A stretch of DNA of 63,901 bases, counting the filler, from Octopus bimaculoides (lineage: Eukaryota), in assembly GCF_001194135.2 (NCBI RefSeq). It is 8 parts of 8 records of this genome, joined end to end, with 100 filler letters (N's around TTAATTAATTAA, not from the genome) between each part and the next. Parts side by side here need not be neighbours in the genome. Positions count along the whole stretch, not along the records: positions 37,686 to 41,120 come from NW_026412131.1; positions 41,221 to 62,631 come from NC_068998.1; 6 more parts are not named here. One strand, 5' to 3'. The position numbers and the translations under genes are program-made. Within the stretch, counting starts at the first letter, position 1. Each line of letters starts with the position of its first letter. The notes below the pieces were generated by a model. That model saw only the letters and a program-made list of their open reading frames with translations. It did not search any database and was not told the origin of the DNA. Positions 39,388 to 52,331 of this stretch are shown here, piece by piece.

Positions 39388-40062
39388 ACCTGCATGATTT
39401 TCATTAAAAAAAAAAACTCAGATTTGTTGCGTGGAATCAAGTACCCTGGCCTCCTAATATGCTGCAAACCCCTTATTTCTGTTTGGAGAAAAGGTGGGGG
39501 GAAAACCAGACTCCCTCCTCTATCCAAGAATCATTGGAAATTTGTTTTTTCACAGAATGAATTCTGGTGACCTCCTAAGACTCCACAAAATCCTTTTTTT
39601 GGTTCAGAAAACAGGGTGGGTGAAATGGAACCCTCAGAAATTTCATCCCTTTTCCTTGAGAAGTACACCAGCAGGATTTTCACTAAGAAAAAAAAAATCA
39701 GATTTTTTGCATGGAGTCAAATACTCTGACTTCCTAATATGTTGCAAACCCCTTATTTTTGTTTGGTAAAAAGGTGGGGTGGACTACCATTGGAATCATT
39801 GGAATTTTTTTTTTTTTTTTCATTGAATGAATTCCGGTGACCTAATATGCTACAGAAAACCTTTTTTTGGTTGCTGAAAACAGGGTGGGGTGGGGTGGAA
39901 GCCTCAGAAATTTAACCTCCATCCCTACTGGGAAGTACACCCGCATAATTTTTACTAAGAAAAAGAAACTCAGATTTTTTGCATGGAATCAACTACCCTG
40001 ACTGCCTAATATGCTGCAAACCCCTTATTTTTGTTAAAAAAAAAGGTGGAGGTGAGAAACCG
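39388..40062 (+). repeat. Tandem array of a ~275-bp unit (~2.4 copies)
   Basis: The motif acc..caggattttcactaagaaaaaaa.tcagattttttgc..ggaatcaa.tac.ctg.c.tcctaatatgctgcaaacccc recurs at ~39388, ~39667 and ~39938. Confidence 0.9.
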
Positions 40063-40330
40063 CTCGACTGTACCAGTGTCGGTGGTATGTAAAAAGCATC
40101 ATTCGAGTGTGGTCAATGCTAGTACCAACTGACTAGCCCCCGTGCCGGTGGCACATAGAAAGCACCCACTACACTCTCAGAGTGATTGATGTTAGGATGG
40201 GCATCCAGCTGTATAAACCTTGCCAGAACAGATTGGAGCCTGATGCAGCCTCCTGGCTTGCCAGTCCTCAGTTAGATCGTCCAACCCATGCCAGCATGGA
40301 AAGCCAATGTTAAACCATGATGATGATATA
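40063..40330 (+). mobile_element. SINE/LINE 3' part with RTE-type tail ending in (GAT)n
   Basis: ggcacatagaaagcacccactacactctc...gggcatccagctgta...cgtccaacccatgccagcatggaaagc...gttaaaccatgatgatgat. Confidence 0.8.
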
Positions 40331-40564
40331 TATAATGATGATACATATAATATATTGCTATACCATTGAAAGTTTAGGTAAACTTTGTCACTCACTAGCT
40401 CTCTCCCCACACAAAAATGAAATACATTAATTACCCAATTTCGGTGCCAAAAATTGCAAAGGGAAAGTGCTTTAGTCTATTCTGCAATCTGGGATTATTA
40501 TATCTTATATATATCCAGTGATTCTAACAGGTATGAAAAAGATATTTTGTTTTAATATTATGAA

Positions 40565-40745
40565 GCAGTGAGCTCGCAGAAATGTTAGCATGCCAGGCGA
40601 AATACTTAGCGGTATTTCATCTGTCTTTACGTTCTGAGTTCAAATTCTGCTGAGGTCGACTTTGCCTTTCATCCTTTCAGGGTTGATAAATTAAGTACCA
40701 GTTACGTACTGGGATTAATCTAATTGACTGGATCAATCTAATTGA
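40565..40745 (+). mobile_element. SINE family A
   Basis: gtgagctcgcagaaatgttagc...gttctgagttcaaattc...ctttcatcctttcagggttgataaattaagtacc. Confidence 0.88.
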
Positions 40746-40759
40746 CTGAAATTTCCAAG

Positions 40760-41110
40760 GGTTCCACCCTATTTTCTGGATAGCATATTAGGTCACTGAA
40801 ATTCATTCAACAGAAAAAAAAGTTTCTAATGATTCCAGGATGGGGTGGAGTGGGGGTCCGGTTTTCTACCTGCCCCTTTCATTTTCGAAACAAAAATAAG
40901 GGGTTTGCAGCATATTAGGAGGTCAGGGTACTTGATTTCAGGCAAAAAATCTGAGTTTTTTTTCTTTTGTGAAAATTGTACAGGTGTACTTCCCAATGGG
41001 GGTTGGGGGTGAAATTTCCGAGACTTCCACTCCACCACACTCCGTTTTCTGGACCCAAAAAGATTTTGTGGCATGCTTATTCATTTTCTAAGCTTCCTAA
41101 ATTCATGCTA
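40760..41110 (-). repeat. Inverted copy of the ~275-bp tandem unit
   Basis: ggggtttgcagcatattaggaggtcagggtacttgatttcaggcaaaaaatctgagttttt is the reverse complement of the 39388-40062 unit. Confidence 0.9.
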
Positions 41111-42024
41111 CGTTATATTCNNNNNNNNNNNNNNNNNNNNNNNNNNNNNNNNNNNNNNNNNNNNTTAATTAATTAANNNNNNNNNNNNNNNNNNNNNNNN
41201 NNNNNNNNNNNNNNNNNNNNACACACACACACACATTTCTTCAATATTTACGCAATTATGCGCGCGCGCGAGCGTTGTTCCTTTTATTCTTTTAATGGTT
41301 TCGGTTGAGGGACCGCGGCCATGCTGGTGCACCGCCTTGTTTTTGTATTTTGTTTCTTCGTTTATATATATATATATATAACATATATGCAACACGCCTA
41401 TACACATGTGTACCGACGGATACATGTGTGTGTGTGTGTGTGCGTATGCGTACATGTGTGTGGGGGGGGGGAGCGCGCACGTGCACGCGTGTGTGTATTT
41501 CTACTTATCTATTATCGCCTAACTAGAAACCTCTCTATACCACAAAAACAAGCATTCACACAATCTCTTACACACACATGCTCGCACACACTCTCAGACA
41601 CACTCTTTCACTCACACACATACACAAAAGACTTGCACACAGTCACACGCATACACACCCAAACACCCACCCACACATGCGCACACACGGAGTCCCACCC
41701 CTCCTCACACCCCCACTCAAGGTCCCTACTTACAAAGGCCACAGTCAATATCCCACAAAGCCTACGTCATCTCCATTGTCACTAATGATATTTTCTATGG
41801 CCGTTCTATTAATTTGGCCCAACTTTAAATTTCCGTCCCCCTCTCCCGCCCTACAAACCAGCAGCGCTCCCTCTCTCCCTTACCCCTTTCCTCATCTCAC
41901 CCCCATTCTTTAATCTCCTTCCAAAACCCCTTGGCTATCGCTCAGTTACGACCAACCAACTCAAAACCAAACCTCTCGACTCATCCATCTTTACTAATTT
42001 CAACTACCACAGTGATCCTTTCTA

Positions 42025-42580
42025 ATATAGGCACAAGGCCTGAAATTTGGTGGGGTGGGAGTGGGGTTGATGGTGGTGGCGGATAATCAATTACAATGAC
42101 CCCAGTGCTCGACTGCTTCTTATTTTATCGACCCTTTAAAGAATGAAAGGTAATGTTGACCTCAGTGGAATTTGAACTCAGAACGTAAAGACAGACGAAA
42201 TGATATTCTTTTCTACTCTAAGCCCAAGGCCCAAATTTTGCGGGAAGGGACCAGTCGATTAGATCAAACCCAGTACGCAACTGGTACTTATTTTATCGAC
42301 CTCGAAAGGATGAAAGGCAAAGTCGACTTTGCCTTTCATCCTTTCGAAGTCGATAAATTAAGTACCAGTTACGCACTGGGGTCGATGTAATCGACTTAAT
42401 CCCTTTGTCTGTCCTTGTTTGTCCCCTCTATGTTTAGCCCCTTGTGGGCAATAAAGAAATAAGAAACATTAGCACGCCGGTCGAAAGGCTCAGCTGTATT
42501 TCGTCTGTCTTTACGTTCTGAGTTCAAATTCCGCCGAGGTGGCTTTGCCTTTCATCCGTTCGCGGTCGATAAATTATTCT
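42025..42580. mobile_element. Cluster of four SINE family A pieces in both orientations
   Basis: Minus copies at ~42025-42190 and ~42205-42324; plus copies at ~42325-42465 and ~42465-42580. Confidence 0.88.
42254..42395. repeat. Spacerless palindrome from head-to-head SINE A halves
   Basis: Perfect 46-bp palindrome at 42302-42347, centred on GTCGAC, with imperfect extension to ~140 bp. Confidence 0.95.
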
Positions 42581-42584
42581 TTGT

Positions 42585-42720
42585 GAGCCTAGTACTTATT
42601 CTATCGGTCTGCCGATTCACTAAGTTACTTTGGGCAGGCGTCTTCTACTATAGCCTCGGGTCGACCAAAGCCTTGTGAGTGGATTTGGTAGACAGAAACT
42701 GAAAGAAGCCCGTCGTAAAT
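42585..42720. mobile_element. SINE family C fragments (rearranged)
   Basis: agcctagtacttattctatcggtc (minus) is joined to ttgggcagg..tatagcctcggg..gtagacagaaactgaaagaagcccgtcg (plus). Confidence 0.75.
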
Positions 42721-42791
42721 ATATGTGCGTGTGTGTGTCAGTCTCGTTCCTCCTCTCTCTCCTTCTAACTCTCCGTTTGTTTCCCCCTCTC

Positions 42792-42845
<54 letters not shown>

Positions 42846-43626
42846 AATCCACACTTGCTAGCTTTTCCCTTCCTCTCTCCGTCCGTCTATCTCACTCCCT
42901 TTACTTTTGTCTTTCTCACTCCATCTCTATGTAATCTCTCCTACTTTCTCTTCCTCTCTCTACCTGTTTATCCCCCCTCTCTCTGTCTCTCTCTCTCTCT
43001 CTTTCTCTCTTACTATCACCCTTCGTTCCCCCCTCACTCTCTTTCTCCCCCCTCGTTTCCTTCTCTCTATGATATTACTATATCAGCGAATGTCATCGTT
43101 CGTGCTGGTCTTGAAGTGAAGTTAGACTATTTCTTATTAGCTAACGTTTAAACAACAACAACAACAGCAGCAGCAGCAGCAGCAGTAATAGTAGTAGTTG
43201 TTGCTGTTGTTGTCCATGTAAATTCACCAAAGCCGACAGTTTTTGTTTGCAATGTCTAACACACACACACACACACATTCTCTCTCTTTACATCTTTCTT
43301 CCTCTCTTCTCGATTCTGTCTCTCCTCCCCCCGTTACGCGATGATTTTAACCTATAAACAGAAGACAATTGACGTGAGAACACATTAACATACACTCGAC
43401 TGTGTACAGAGGGAGCCACCTTCCTTCCTGTCCAGCCCTACCAACCGCATAACCCCTTCCTTTCTCTCTTTCTCTCTCTCTTTCTCTCTCCATCGCTCTT
43501 TCTCTGTCTGTCTGTCTGTCTCGGTCTCTCTCTCCTATTCATATTCTGTGCCCCACCCCAGTGAGAGATGCACAGACGTATCCAGGCAAGCGTGAACGTA
43601 AATATGCGTATGAGCAGCCAACCTAC

Positions 43627-43783
43627 CTTGGGGGAAAGGAAAATTAACAAATGGAGAGGAAAAAGGGAAAAAAATAAAACAAAAAAAAAGAAAATAAAGA
43701 AAACAAAAACGAGAGAAAGAAAGAAAGGTTTGAGCGAACCCCCTCCCCCACCTCCGCTGTCATCACCGTCACCGCTACTTCTG
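43627..43783 (-). other. Candidate 157-nt (probably UTR) exon
   Basis: Strong acceptor tgttctttttcctccgtcag| and donor aag|gtaggt. The interior is low complexity. Confidence 0.3.
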
Positions 43784-44057
43784 CTGACGGAGGAAAAAGA
43801 ACAAGACAAAAACAACAACAAAAAAACTGTTTGAGAAAGGATTAATAGAAAATTGATAGATTAAATAAACGATAAAAATATAATAAAAATATATTAAATA
43901 TACATACATTCATTATATATATGTGTGTGTGTGTATAAATAGACATATATACATATATGTGTGTGTGTGTGTACAATATATATATACCAGCATGACCGCA
44001 GCCACTTGGCTGAAACACATAAATAAAAAAAAAATACATATATATTTGTACGTATAT

Positions 44058-44490
44058 ACTTTTTAATCTTTTATCTTGTACTTGTTTCAGTCATTTGATT
44101 GCGGCCATGCTGTAGCACTGCCTTTAAGTCGAACAAATTGACTTCACGACGTATTCTTTGTAAGCCTGATACTTATTCTATCGGTATCTTTTGCCCAGCC
44201 GCTAAGTTACGGGGACGTAAACACATCAACATCGGTTGTCAAGCGATGGTGGTGGTGGTGGGGGGCACAAACACTGACGCGAATACATACATTCATATAT
44301 GTGTGTGCGTGTGTGTGTGTGTTTATACGACGCTCTCCTTTCAGTTTCCGTCTGCGAAATCCACTCACAAGGCTTTGGTCGGCTCGGGGTTACAGTAGAA
44401 GGCACTTGCCCAAGGTGCCAGCTATGGGTCTGAACCCAGAACCATGTGGTTGGGAAGCAAGTTTCTTACCACGGGGCCACACCTGCACCT
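44058..44490 (-). mobile_element. SINE family C, full length
   Basis: Reverse-complement match to 25985-26372, including the tail. Confidence 0.9.
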
Positions 44491-44493
44491 AAT

Positions 44494-44571
<78 letters not shown>

Positions 44572-44863
44572 GCATATATATGTCTCTATATACACATGTA
44601 CGCATACATACATATAAATATCTATCACTGTGTGTGTATGACGGACGTTTACGTCGGTTCCCACGTATGAGCGTCCACTTGCTTTCATTAAGTGGAGTAC
44701 CTGCTTATTTAATTAATGACGGTCGTACCCGAGTACTTTATGCGCGTGTTTACGTGTAACGTAATTTTCAGGTAGAGTTGTCTTAGGTATAACGTGGTTG
44801 GAACTTTGAACCGAGTTTCATCTATCCGGCACCCGAACAGTTTCCTTCCAAATTTTAACTTAC

Positions 44864-44926
44864 GGACCTTGCAGCACCCAGCAGTGTCTATTGGAGGGTG
44901 CGAACTCGCTGACTCAAGGTTGCGAA
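44864..44926 (-). other. Candidate 63-nt internal exon of an unidentified minus-strand gene
   Basis: Acceptor ttttgtgtgtttaatcag| and donor |gtaagt. One frame is open (RNLESASSHPPIDTAGCCKV), giving a symmetric phase 1-1 exon. Confidence 0.3.
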
Positions 44927-45069
44927 CTGATTAAACACACAAAAGCACACACAAACACACACACACACACACAGAATGAGGGAAGAAGAGAGAGAGAGAG
45001 ACAGAGAAAGAGATATAGAGAAATAGACAGGGATACATAGATATTGGTGTTTAAAATGGATAGATAGAT

Positions 45070-45101
<32 letters not shown>

Positions 45102-45840
45102 AGATAGATATCCAACGCACACTTGAGTGTATACATGTGTGAGCGTATCTCTGTGTGTATGTATACACACACACACACACACACACATACACAGTGCTGC
45201 TGCTGCTGATTCTTTTCATTCTTTGGACTTTCCGTTTCCCTTTTCAATGAAGAGATATGCTCGAAACGTTAAAAAATCTCTCTTTTTTACCAACCGTCAA
45301 TCTAATGCATTCCATGTACACAGCCTCTTGTTGTTTGTTTTTGTTATTTTCAATGTTTGCTTATTCGATTCGATTATATATATATATATACATATAAATA
45401 TATAGTCACTTTGCTACAATAGCGACAACATGAATTTCTTCCATATTCTTACTCTGTTAAAATAGTTAAGAAAAATTATATTAACGTGTCCTGTCTTAGG
45501 TGTATAGTTAGTTGTTCGACTTCTGCTTTTGTACTAAAAAGTTTAGAGTTCTACGTAGATTATCGTCATCCAGTCTGCTTCCAGTGTCGTTGTGTGATTA
45601 GCACCTTACTAAGTAGTGGTACAGGTTATGATATAACGAACAAATGCAGGAGAAAATATGATGAACGCAAGGTTGTATCATTTGATCATTCGTTCCCTAC
45701 ATACGTTACACTATTGTGAATACGCGTCCTCTTTATTGGATGTTCTATGTGCGATTGGATGAAGAACCGCAGCAGATTATCAGGGGAACACTTTTTTATG
45801 TTTTAGCACACGCATCAAACGCTTTATCATATGCATATGC

Positions 45841-45877
<37 letters not shown>

Positions 45878-46686
45878 AGAGAGTTAGGGGTTGAGGGTTA
45901 CGGGATACACTGTCTGCAAGTAGTTGGTGGTTCAGCATATTATCCTCCATTTTCTAATTGATATATATATATATATAACAGTTTGACTATAACTCCTGCC
46001 AGATGTGTTTGATACCATTTTCTTGCGTTTGTCCATTCACTCGTGTGTGTGTGTGTGTTCTTCTAGAAGAAAAATCGGTTACGTTTCCTCGGACGAAGAG
46101 ATTAACAAACCGTGAAACGAGACCGGCGGGAGACTTTCCACACACTTTTTACTTATATTGAAAGCATACGACAAATGTGTTTACATTTGTTTCGATTTAA
46201 CCTCACAGCTAAGTGGAGTCCCATGGTCATTCACGAACGAGGGGGGTTCTTCACCCGTTTACACTGCAGAAATTATTCTGTAATCCTTCAGTTTAACGTA
46301 ACATTTTTTTTTCTTCTTATAATTCGACATAAGAACAAATATTAAGGAAACACATACACACATTCTCAGAGTGGTTGGACAGACAAATACAGATTCAACA
46401 ATTATCATACAACACAGAATCTTGACTTATTAGAATTATCTCCGCCTCTACAGGATGTATCATAAACACCCAAAGAGCAATTGAGAGAGGCTCCACTTGT
46501 GAAGGGGAGATAATGTCTCAAGAAACAAGTATTCTCCAAAACCGACATGGCATTAAGGAAAAGGACAGGATTATTGTATGGCGATAAAAGGACAGTGATT
46601 CTGGCTCAACAGCCGTTATCGGGCTGACAATCATTCAACCTTTTCACAAGTGGCCAAAGGAATTAAACTTATACGAAATGGAGTAC

Positions 46687-46748
<62 letters not shown>

Positions 46749-46908
46749 GATATATAGATACATAGAGACATCTATTCGTACAAAAATAGACATATACTAA
46801 CATACATTTATATGTATATGTATATATATATACATACATGTGTGTGTATATATATCTGTACTCACACACATATATAAACATATATAGATACATACATACA
46901 TACATACA

Positions 46909-46939
<31 letters not shown>

Positions 46940-47452
46940 CTTGCACACACACTTATNNNNNNNNNNNNNNNNNNNNNNNNNNNNNNNNNNNNNNNNNNNN
47001 NNNNNNNNNNNNNNNNNNNNNNNNNNNNNNNNNNNNNNNNNNNNNNNNNNNNNNNNNNNNNNNNNNNNNNNNNNNNNNNNNNNNNNNNNNNNNNNNNNNN
47101 NNNNNNNNNNNNNNNNNNNNNNNNNNNNNNNNNNNNNNNNNNNNNNNNNNNNNNNNNNNNNNNNNNNNNNNNNNNNNNNNNNNNNNNNNNNNNNNNNNNN
47201 NNNNNNNNNNNNNNNNNNNNNNNNNNNNNNNNNNNNNNNNNNNNNNNNNNNNNNNNNNNNNNNNNNNNNNNNNNNNNNNNNNNNNNNNNNNNNNNNNNNN
47301 NNNNNNNNNNNNNNNNNNNNNNNNNNNNNNNNNNNNNNNNNNNNNNNNNNNNNNNNNNNNNNNNNNNNNNNNNNNNNNNNNNNNNNNNNNNNNNNNNNNN
47401 NNNNNNNNNNNNNNNNNNNNNNNNNNNNNNNNNNNNNNNGAGAGAGAGAGAA

Positions 47453-47488
<36 letters not shown>

Positions 47489-47904
47489 GTTGGTGGATGA
47501 GAGAATGTTTGTGTTTGTAATGAGAACGCGGTAGGTATGTATCGTACACTAAATGAATGAAAGAGTGAGAATGTTGGAATAAGAGAAAGTGAAAGAATGA
47601 GAGAGAGGGAGAGATAGAGAGAAGGAGGAGGTTAAAGACCGGTTCAGAGAAAGAGAGAGAGAGAAGGAGAGAGAGAGAGAGAGAGAGAAAGAGGCAACGC
47701 TGTATGAGGAATAGAGAGCGGAGAAGGAAGATAAATAGAAAAAGAGAGCGGTGGAAATTGCACATCTACATCCAAGTCTACACATACATGCTTTATGGGC
47801 AAAGCACACATACATATACACACAGAAATAGATGTATTGCATACAAACACACTCGCATATGCAAATGCAACTCTCTCCACCCCCTCTCTGTCTGTGTCTC
47901 TCTA

Positions 47905-47942
<38 letters not shown>

Positions 47943-48067
47943 ATATTTATATAATTCTGTTATTCTGAATATAGACTGAAATTGTGTATATGATAAGGTA
48001 TATAAAGAGATAGACGTGGATGTAGAACTGTGTGCGCGGTGTGTATGTTTACGTATATATATGTGTG

Positions 48068-48124
<57 letters not shown>

Positions 48125-48506
48125 ATATATATATAGATAGAAAGATAGATAGATACATAGATAGATATGTTCGCACATCTACATCTACACATTTAAGTCA
48201 CGCAAATATGCATGAGGTTATCATACAGGCGCGCGCGCGTATTTGAATATATTATATATTCATATGAAAAAAATGTATTTATGTATAAACGCATGTATGT
48301 GTTTTTAGATAGATAGATAGATAGATAGATAGATGGATGGAAATCCCTACACCAATACATACGCGTGTTATATATACGGTGTGATATATATACTTTAATA
48401 TACGCATCTTTCAGGAAATGCTTTTGTGACGATATTTGTGTGTGTGTGTATATATTTATATATGTATATATATATGTGTGTGTGTGTGTGTGTATATTTA
48501 TATATG

Positions 48507-48544
<38 letters not shown>

Positions 48545-48785
48545 TGCCAATATGTATGCGAATGTATGTATGTATGTATGTATATATGTATATACATATA
48601 TAAATGTGAACTGTATGGTTGTGAATGTATGTGTGTGTGAGCGAGTTAATGTGAATGTGTGTACATGTATATATATATATATGCATGTGTGTGTGTGTTC
48701 GTGGATTGTGTAGTATTTATCAAACAAATGTATGTTAAATCTTTTAGTTTGTTGTTCATAAATATGTATAAATATGTGTGCGTGT

Positions 48786-48818
<33 letters not shown>

Positions 48819-48918
48819 TATACATTCACACAATGTATAGAACATGTAGCTATAAACATCTATATGTAGATATATGCATTATGCATACGTACAAGATTTA
48901 ATATGTTTGTATGTATAT

Positions 48919-48955
<37 letters not shown>

Positions 48956-49099
48956 CGTATATATATATGTATATTTGTCTGTGTGTACAAATGTTCTTAC
49001 ATGTGTATGTATATGTGCATATGTGTATGCGTGTTGTGTGTGTGTGTGTGTGCGAGCGAGCGGCCGCGCGTGTGTGTTTGCGTGGTCTAACTTCAAAAA

Positions 49100-49235
49100 C
49101 AGCGTTTGCAATGATGGCGGCCATGCGATATTGCAAACAAGCGCCATTTCAAAGAACAAAGATGAAATGCCAACAGAAAGTAATAAGAGCATTATCGAAA
49201 ATTCCGCACTATTCATCTGATACCGCCATCTTTAA
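49100..49235. promoter_or_regulatory. Cluster of YY1-like motifs
   Basis: ATGGCGGCC (49114-49122), GCGCCATTT (49141-49149) and CCGCCATCTT (49223-49232). Confidence 0.3.
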
Positions 49236-49467
49236 TCTCATCTCACTCATTGGCAAGCTTTTCACACAGGACCGTTTATTTTTTTTAATTTCTTTATTTT
49301 ACTTCTTTTTTTGCCGCTTCCTTTTCTATTTTGTTCTGCTATTCTTTCTGCTGTTTTCATTTTATTTCATTTATTTATTTATTTATTCTAATTCTTTCTT
49401 TCTTTCGTCTATTCTTCCCTCTATTCGTTCAGTGTTTTTGTGTATGTTTTTTTGTTTGTTTGTTTTT

Positions 49468-49502
<35 letters not shown>

Positions 49503-49646
49503 TCTCCACTCCCACTCCTTTACTCCCTCCTACTCTCTATCACCATCCCCGCATCCTCATAACATTGATGCCTCCCCCTCTCTCTACCACCCTTTCCGTA
49601 CGGTTTAGGTTTCTTTCAAGTGACTAAAGACAAGCATTTGCTTACA

Positions 49647-49688
<42 letters not shown>

Positions 49689-50156
49689 TATATATATACG
49701 CACACACACACGTCTCTCTCTTTCTCTTTCACAGCCTCCCTCTCTCTCTCTCTCAATACATACTCATCCCGATCTGACTATCTCTCTATCGACATGTAGC
49801 CCTACTTCAATTTTCAATCTGTTTGCATCTCCCTCTCTCTCTCTTTTTCTGCTCTACCTCTGACCATCTCTCTCTCCCTCTCTATCTATCTATCTATCTA
49901 TCTCTCCATCCTTCAATCTCTCTATTCTTCCATCTCTCCATTTGTCTCTCTTTTGCTTTCTCTCTATCTGTATGTCTCTCTCTCTATTTCTCTCCCTCTC
50001 TATCATTCTGACTATCTTCTTTCCACCTGTTCTTCTGTCACTCTCTCTGCCTCCCTTTCTCTATCTACCTTCTCTCTTCCAATCCTATCTTATTTCTCCA
50101 GCCATCTCTATACATCTATCTGTCACCCTTTCTTTCCACGTCTCTCCATGCTTCGG

Positions 50157-50248
<92 letters not shown>

Positions 50249-51309
50249 TTCTAACTAACAGATGTTTGTCGATCATTACTTTGATTAGTTCGATCGCCAG
50301 AGAACGACCTGCTCATGCAATTACAGTATACGTTGATGAATATTTCCCAGAAACATATACCCTAAACTTAACACTCACAGAAATTCACCGGTACCTTATT
50401 CATTAGACAACCAAACACCGAAATTTTAAAATAATTTCTACCCAGATGTAAATTTTTATCTTGCAAATTGCAAAAAAAAAAAAAAAAAAAAAAACGAAAA
50501 AGATAAAGGGAAAAAAGGAAAAGAAAAAAAGAAAAAAATCCTCGATTCTCTTCAATTTTCGAAGAAACTGATTACAAAAAAATTACAAAATTTCGAATTT
50601 AAATATTTTGTTAAGTTTAGCCAATCATAAATCTGCAAGAGTTATAGCATACTTAATTATTAAATTTTTTCAAAAAGAAAAAGAAAAACTGAAAACGATA
50701 TTCATAATCAGTAGAAGTATATTTGCAGAGGATTCTTCAAAAGTCTTGGACTCTATGCTCCGAAGGGGAAAAAGAATCCTATCTGTGTGACAGTGCGTGA
50801 CAAAGCTGACATCTGGTGAGATTCCTCATAGTTACAGTCTATCTGGTTCCATGTACAAATCATGTGACCGAGTGAAGCTATGGTAGACATTATATTATGG
50901 AAAAAACATCGGATCAAGGAACTCGTCATTGAGAAACTGACTCTTAATCAGCGCCACCTCCACCTACACAAACCACTTGCACTTTCTTTCTCGCACTTTC
51001 TTTCTCACACTCTCTCTCTCTCTCTCTCACTCTCTTTCTGACTTTCTCTCGCACACACATACACACACACACTCTCTGTTTTTCTTTCTGTCTGTCTGTC
51101 TGTCTCTCTCTCTCATGCACTACTTTCTATTATATCATCCAAAAACCTTCCGTTTCTTTGTATCTGATTAACGCGGACATTAATGTCTTAAGAGCTCTAA
51201 TTATTTAGTCAATCGTGAATTCTTTGAAGAGCACACACACACACACACACACACACACATTCCATATATATATATATATATATATACATACATACATAGA
51301 TAAAACAAT

Positions 51310-51387
51310 CATATAATAATATAAAATATATATATATATATATGCATATATACATGCGTGTATGTACATACTGACATCTATACGTAA

Positions 51388-51429
<42 letters not shown>

Positions 51430-51740
51430 GTATGTATGTATGTATGTATGTATGTATGTATATGTGGGCACAGGACGTCACGAAACGTGTACAACAAAAA
51501 AAAAACTACGAAGCATAAGTTCATGGAACATGAACTATTCTTTCGAACAACGAAAGACACAAATGGAAAAAAAAAAACAGGCAACAACTGATGAAGGGTC
51601 GTTCTTTATGTTGTTTGTTTTGTTTTCTATTTGTGTCTTTCATTGTTCGAAAGAATAATTCATCTTTCATGTACTCGCGCTTCGTACTTTTTTGTTGTAC
51701 ACGTTTCGTGACGTCCTGTGCCCACATATGCATATATCTA

Positions 51741-51787
<47 letters not shown>

Positions 51788-51870
51788 GTATAGACGTAAG
51801 TATGTACATATATGCATGTATATATGAATATATGTATATATATATACATATATATATATATATTATTTAT
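51310..51870. repeat. Long imperfect inverted repeat (fold-back)
   Basis: atatgtgggcacaggacgtcacgaaacgtgtacaacaaaaa (from ~51460) is the reverse complement of tttttgttgtacacgtttcgtgacgtcctgtgcccacatat (to ~51728). Similarity continues inward and outward into the microsatellite flanks. Confidence 0.92.
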
Positions 51871-52146
51871 ATCATTATTATTACTATTACTATTATTATT
51901 ATATATATATGTATGTATGTGTGTATGTGTATATATAAATTTTTTTTAAAAATAGGAACCTCACCACAGATGTTTCAGTAGCGTAGCTTATTCTCAAATG
52001 CGTGTCAGTTACATACATGTTACATTACGTAAAATTTGTTTTGTTGCTTAACCCACTCCACTTCTTCAGGTGATATTTTGCGAAATATTTTGGCGAATGT
52101 ACGATGAATCTATGAAGGAAGCGAATATTTACAACAAAAGAAATTC

Positions 52147-52184
<38 letters not shown>

Positions 52185-52185
52185 G

Positions 52186-52222
<37 letters not shown>

Positions 52223-52279
52223 TAGAGATAGAGAGAGAGAGAGAGAGAGAGNNNNNNNNNNNNNNNNNNNNNNNNNNNN

Positions 52280-52331
<52 letters not shown>

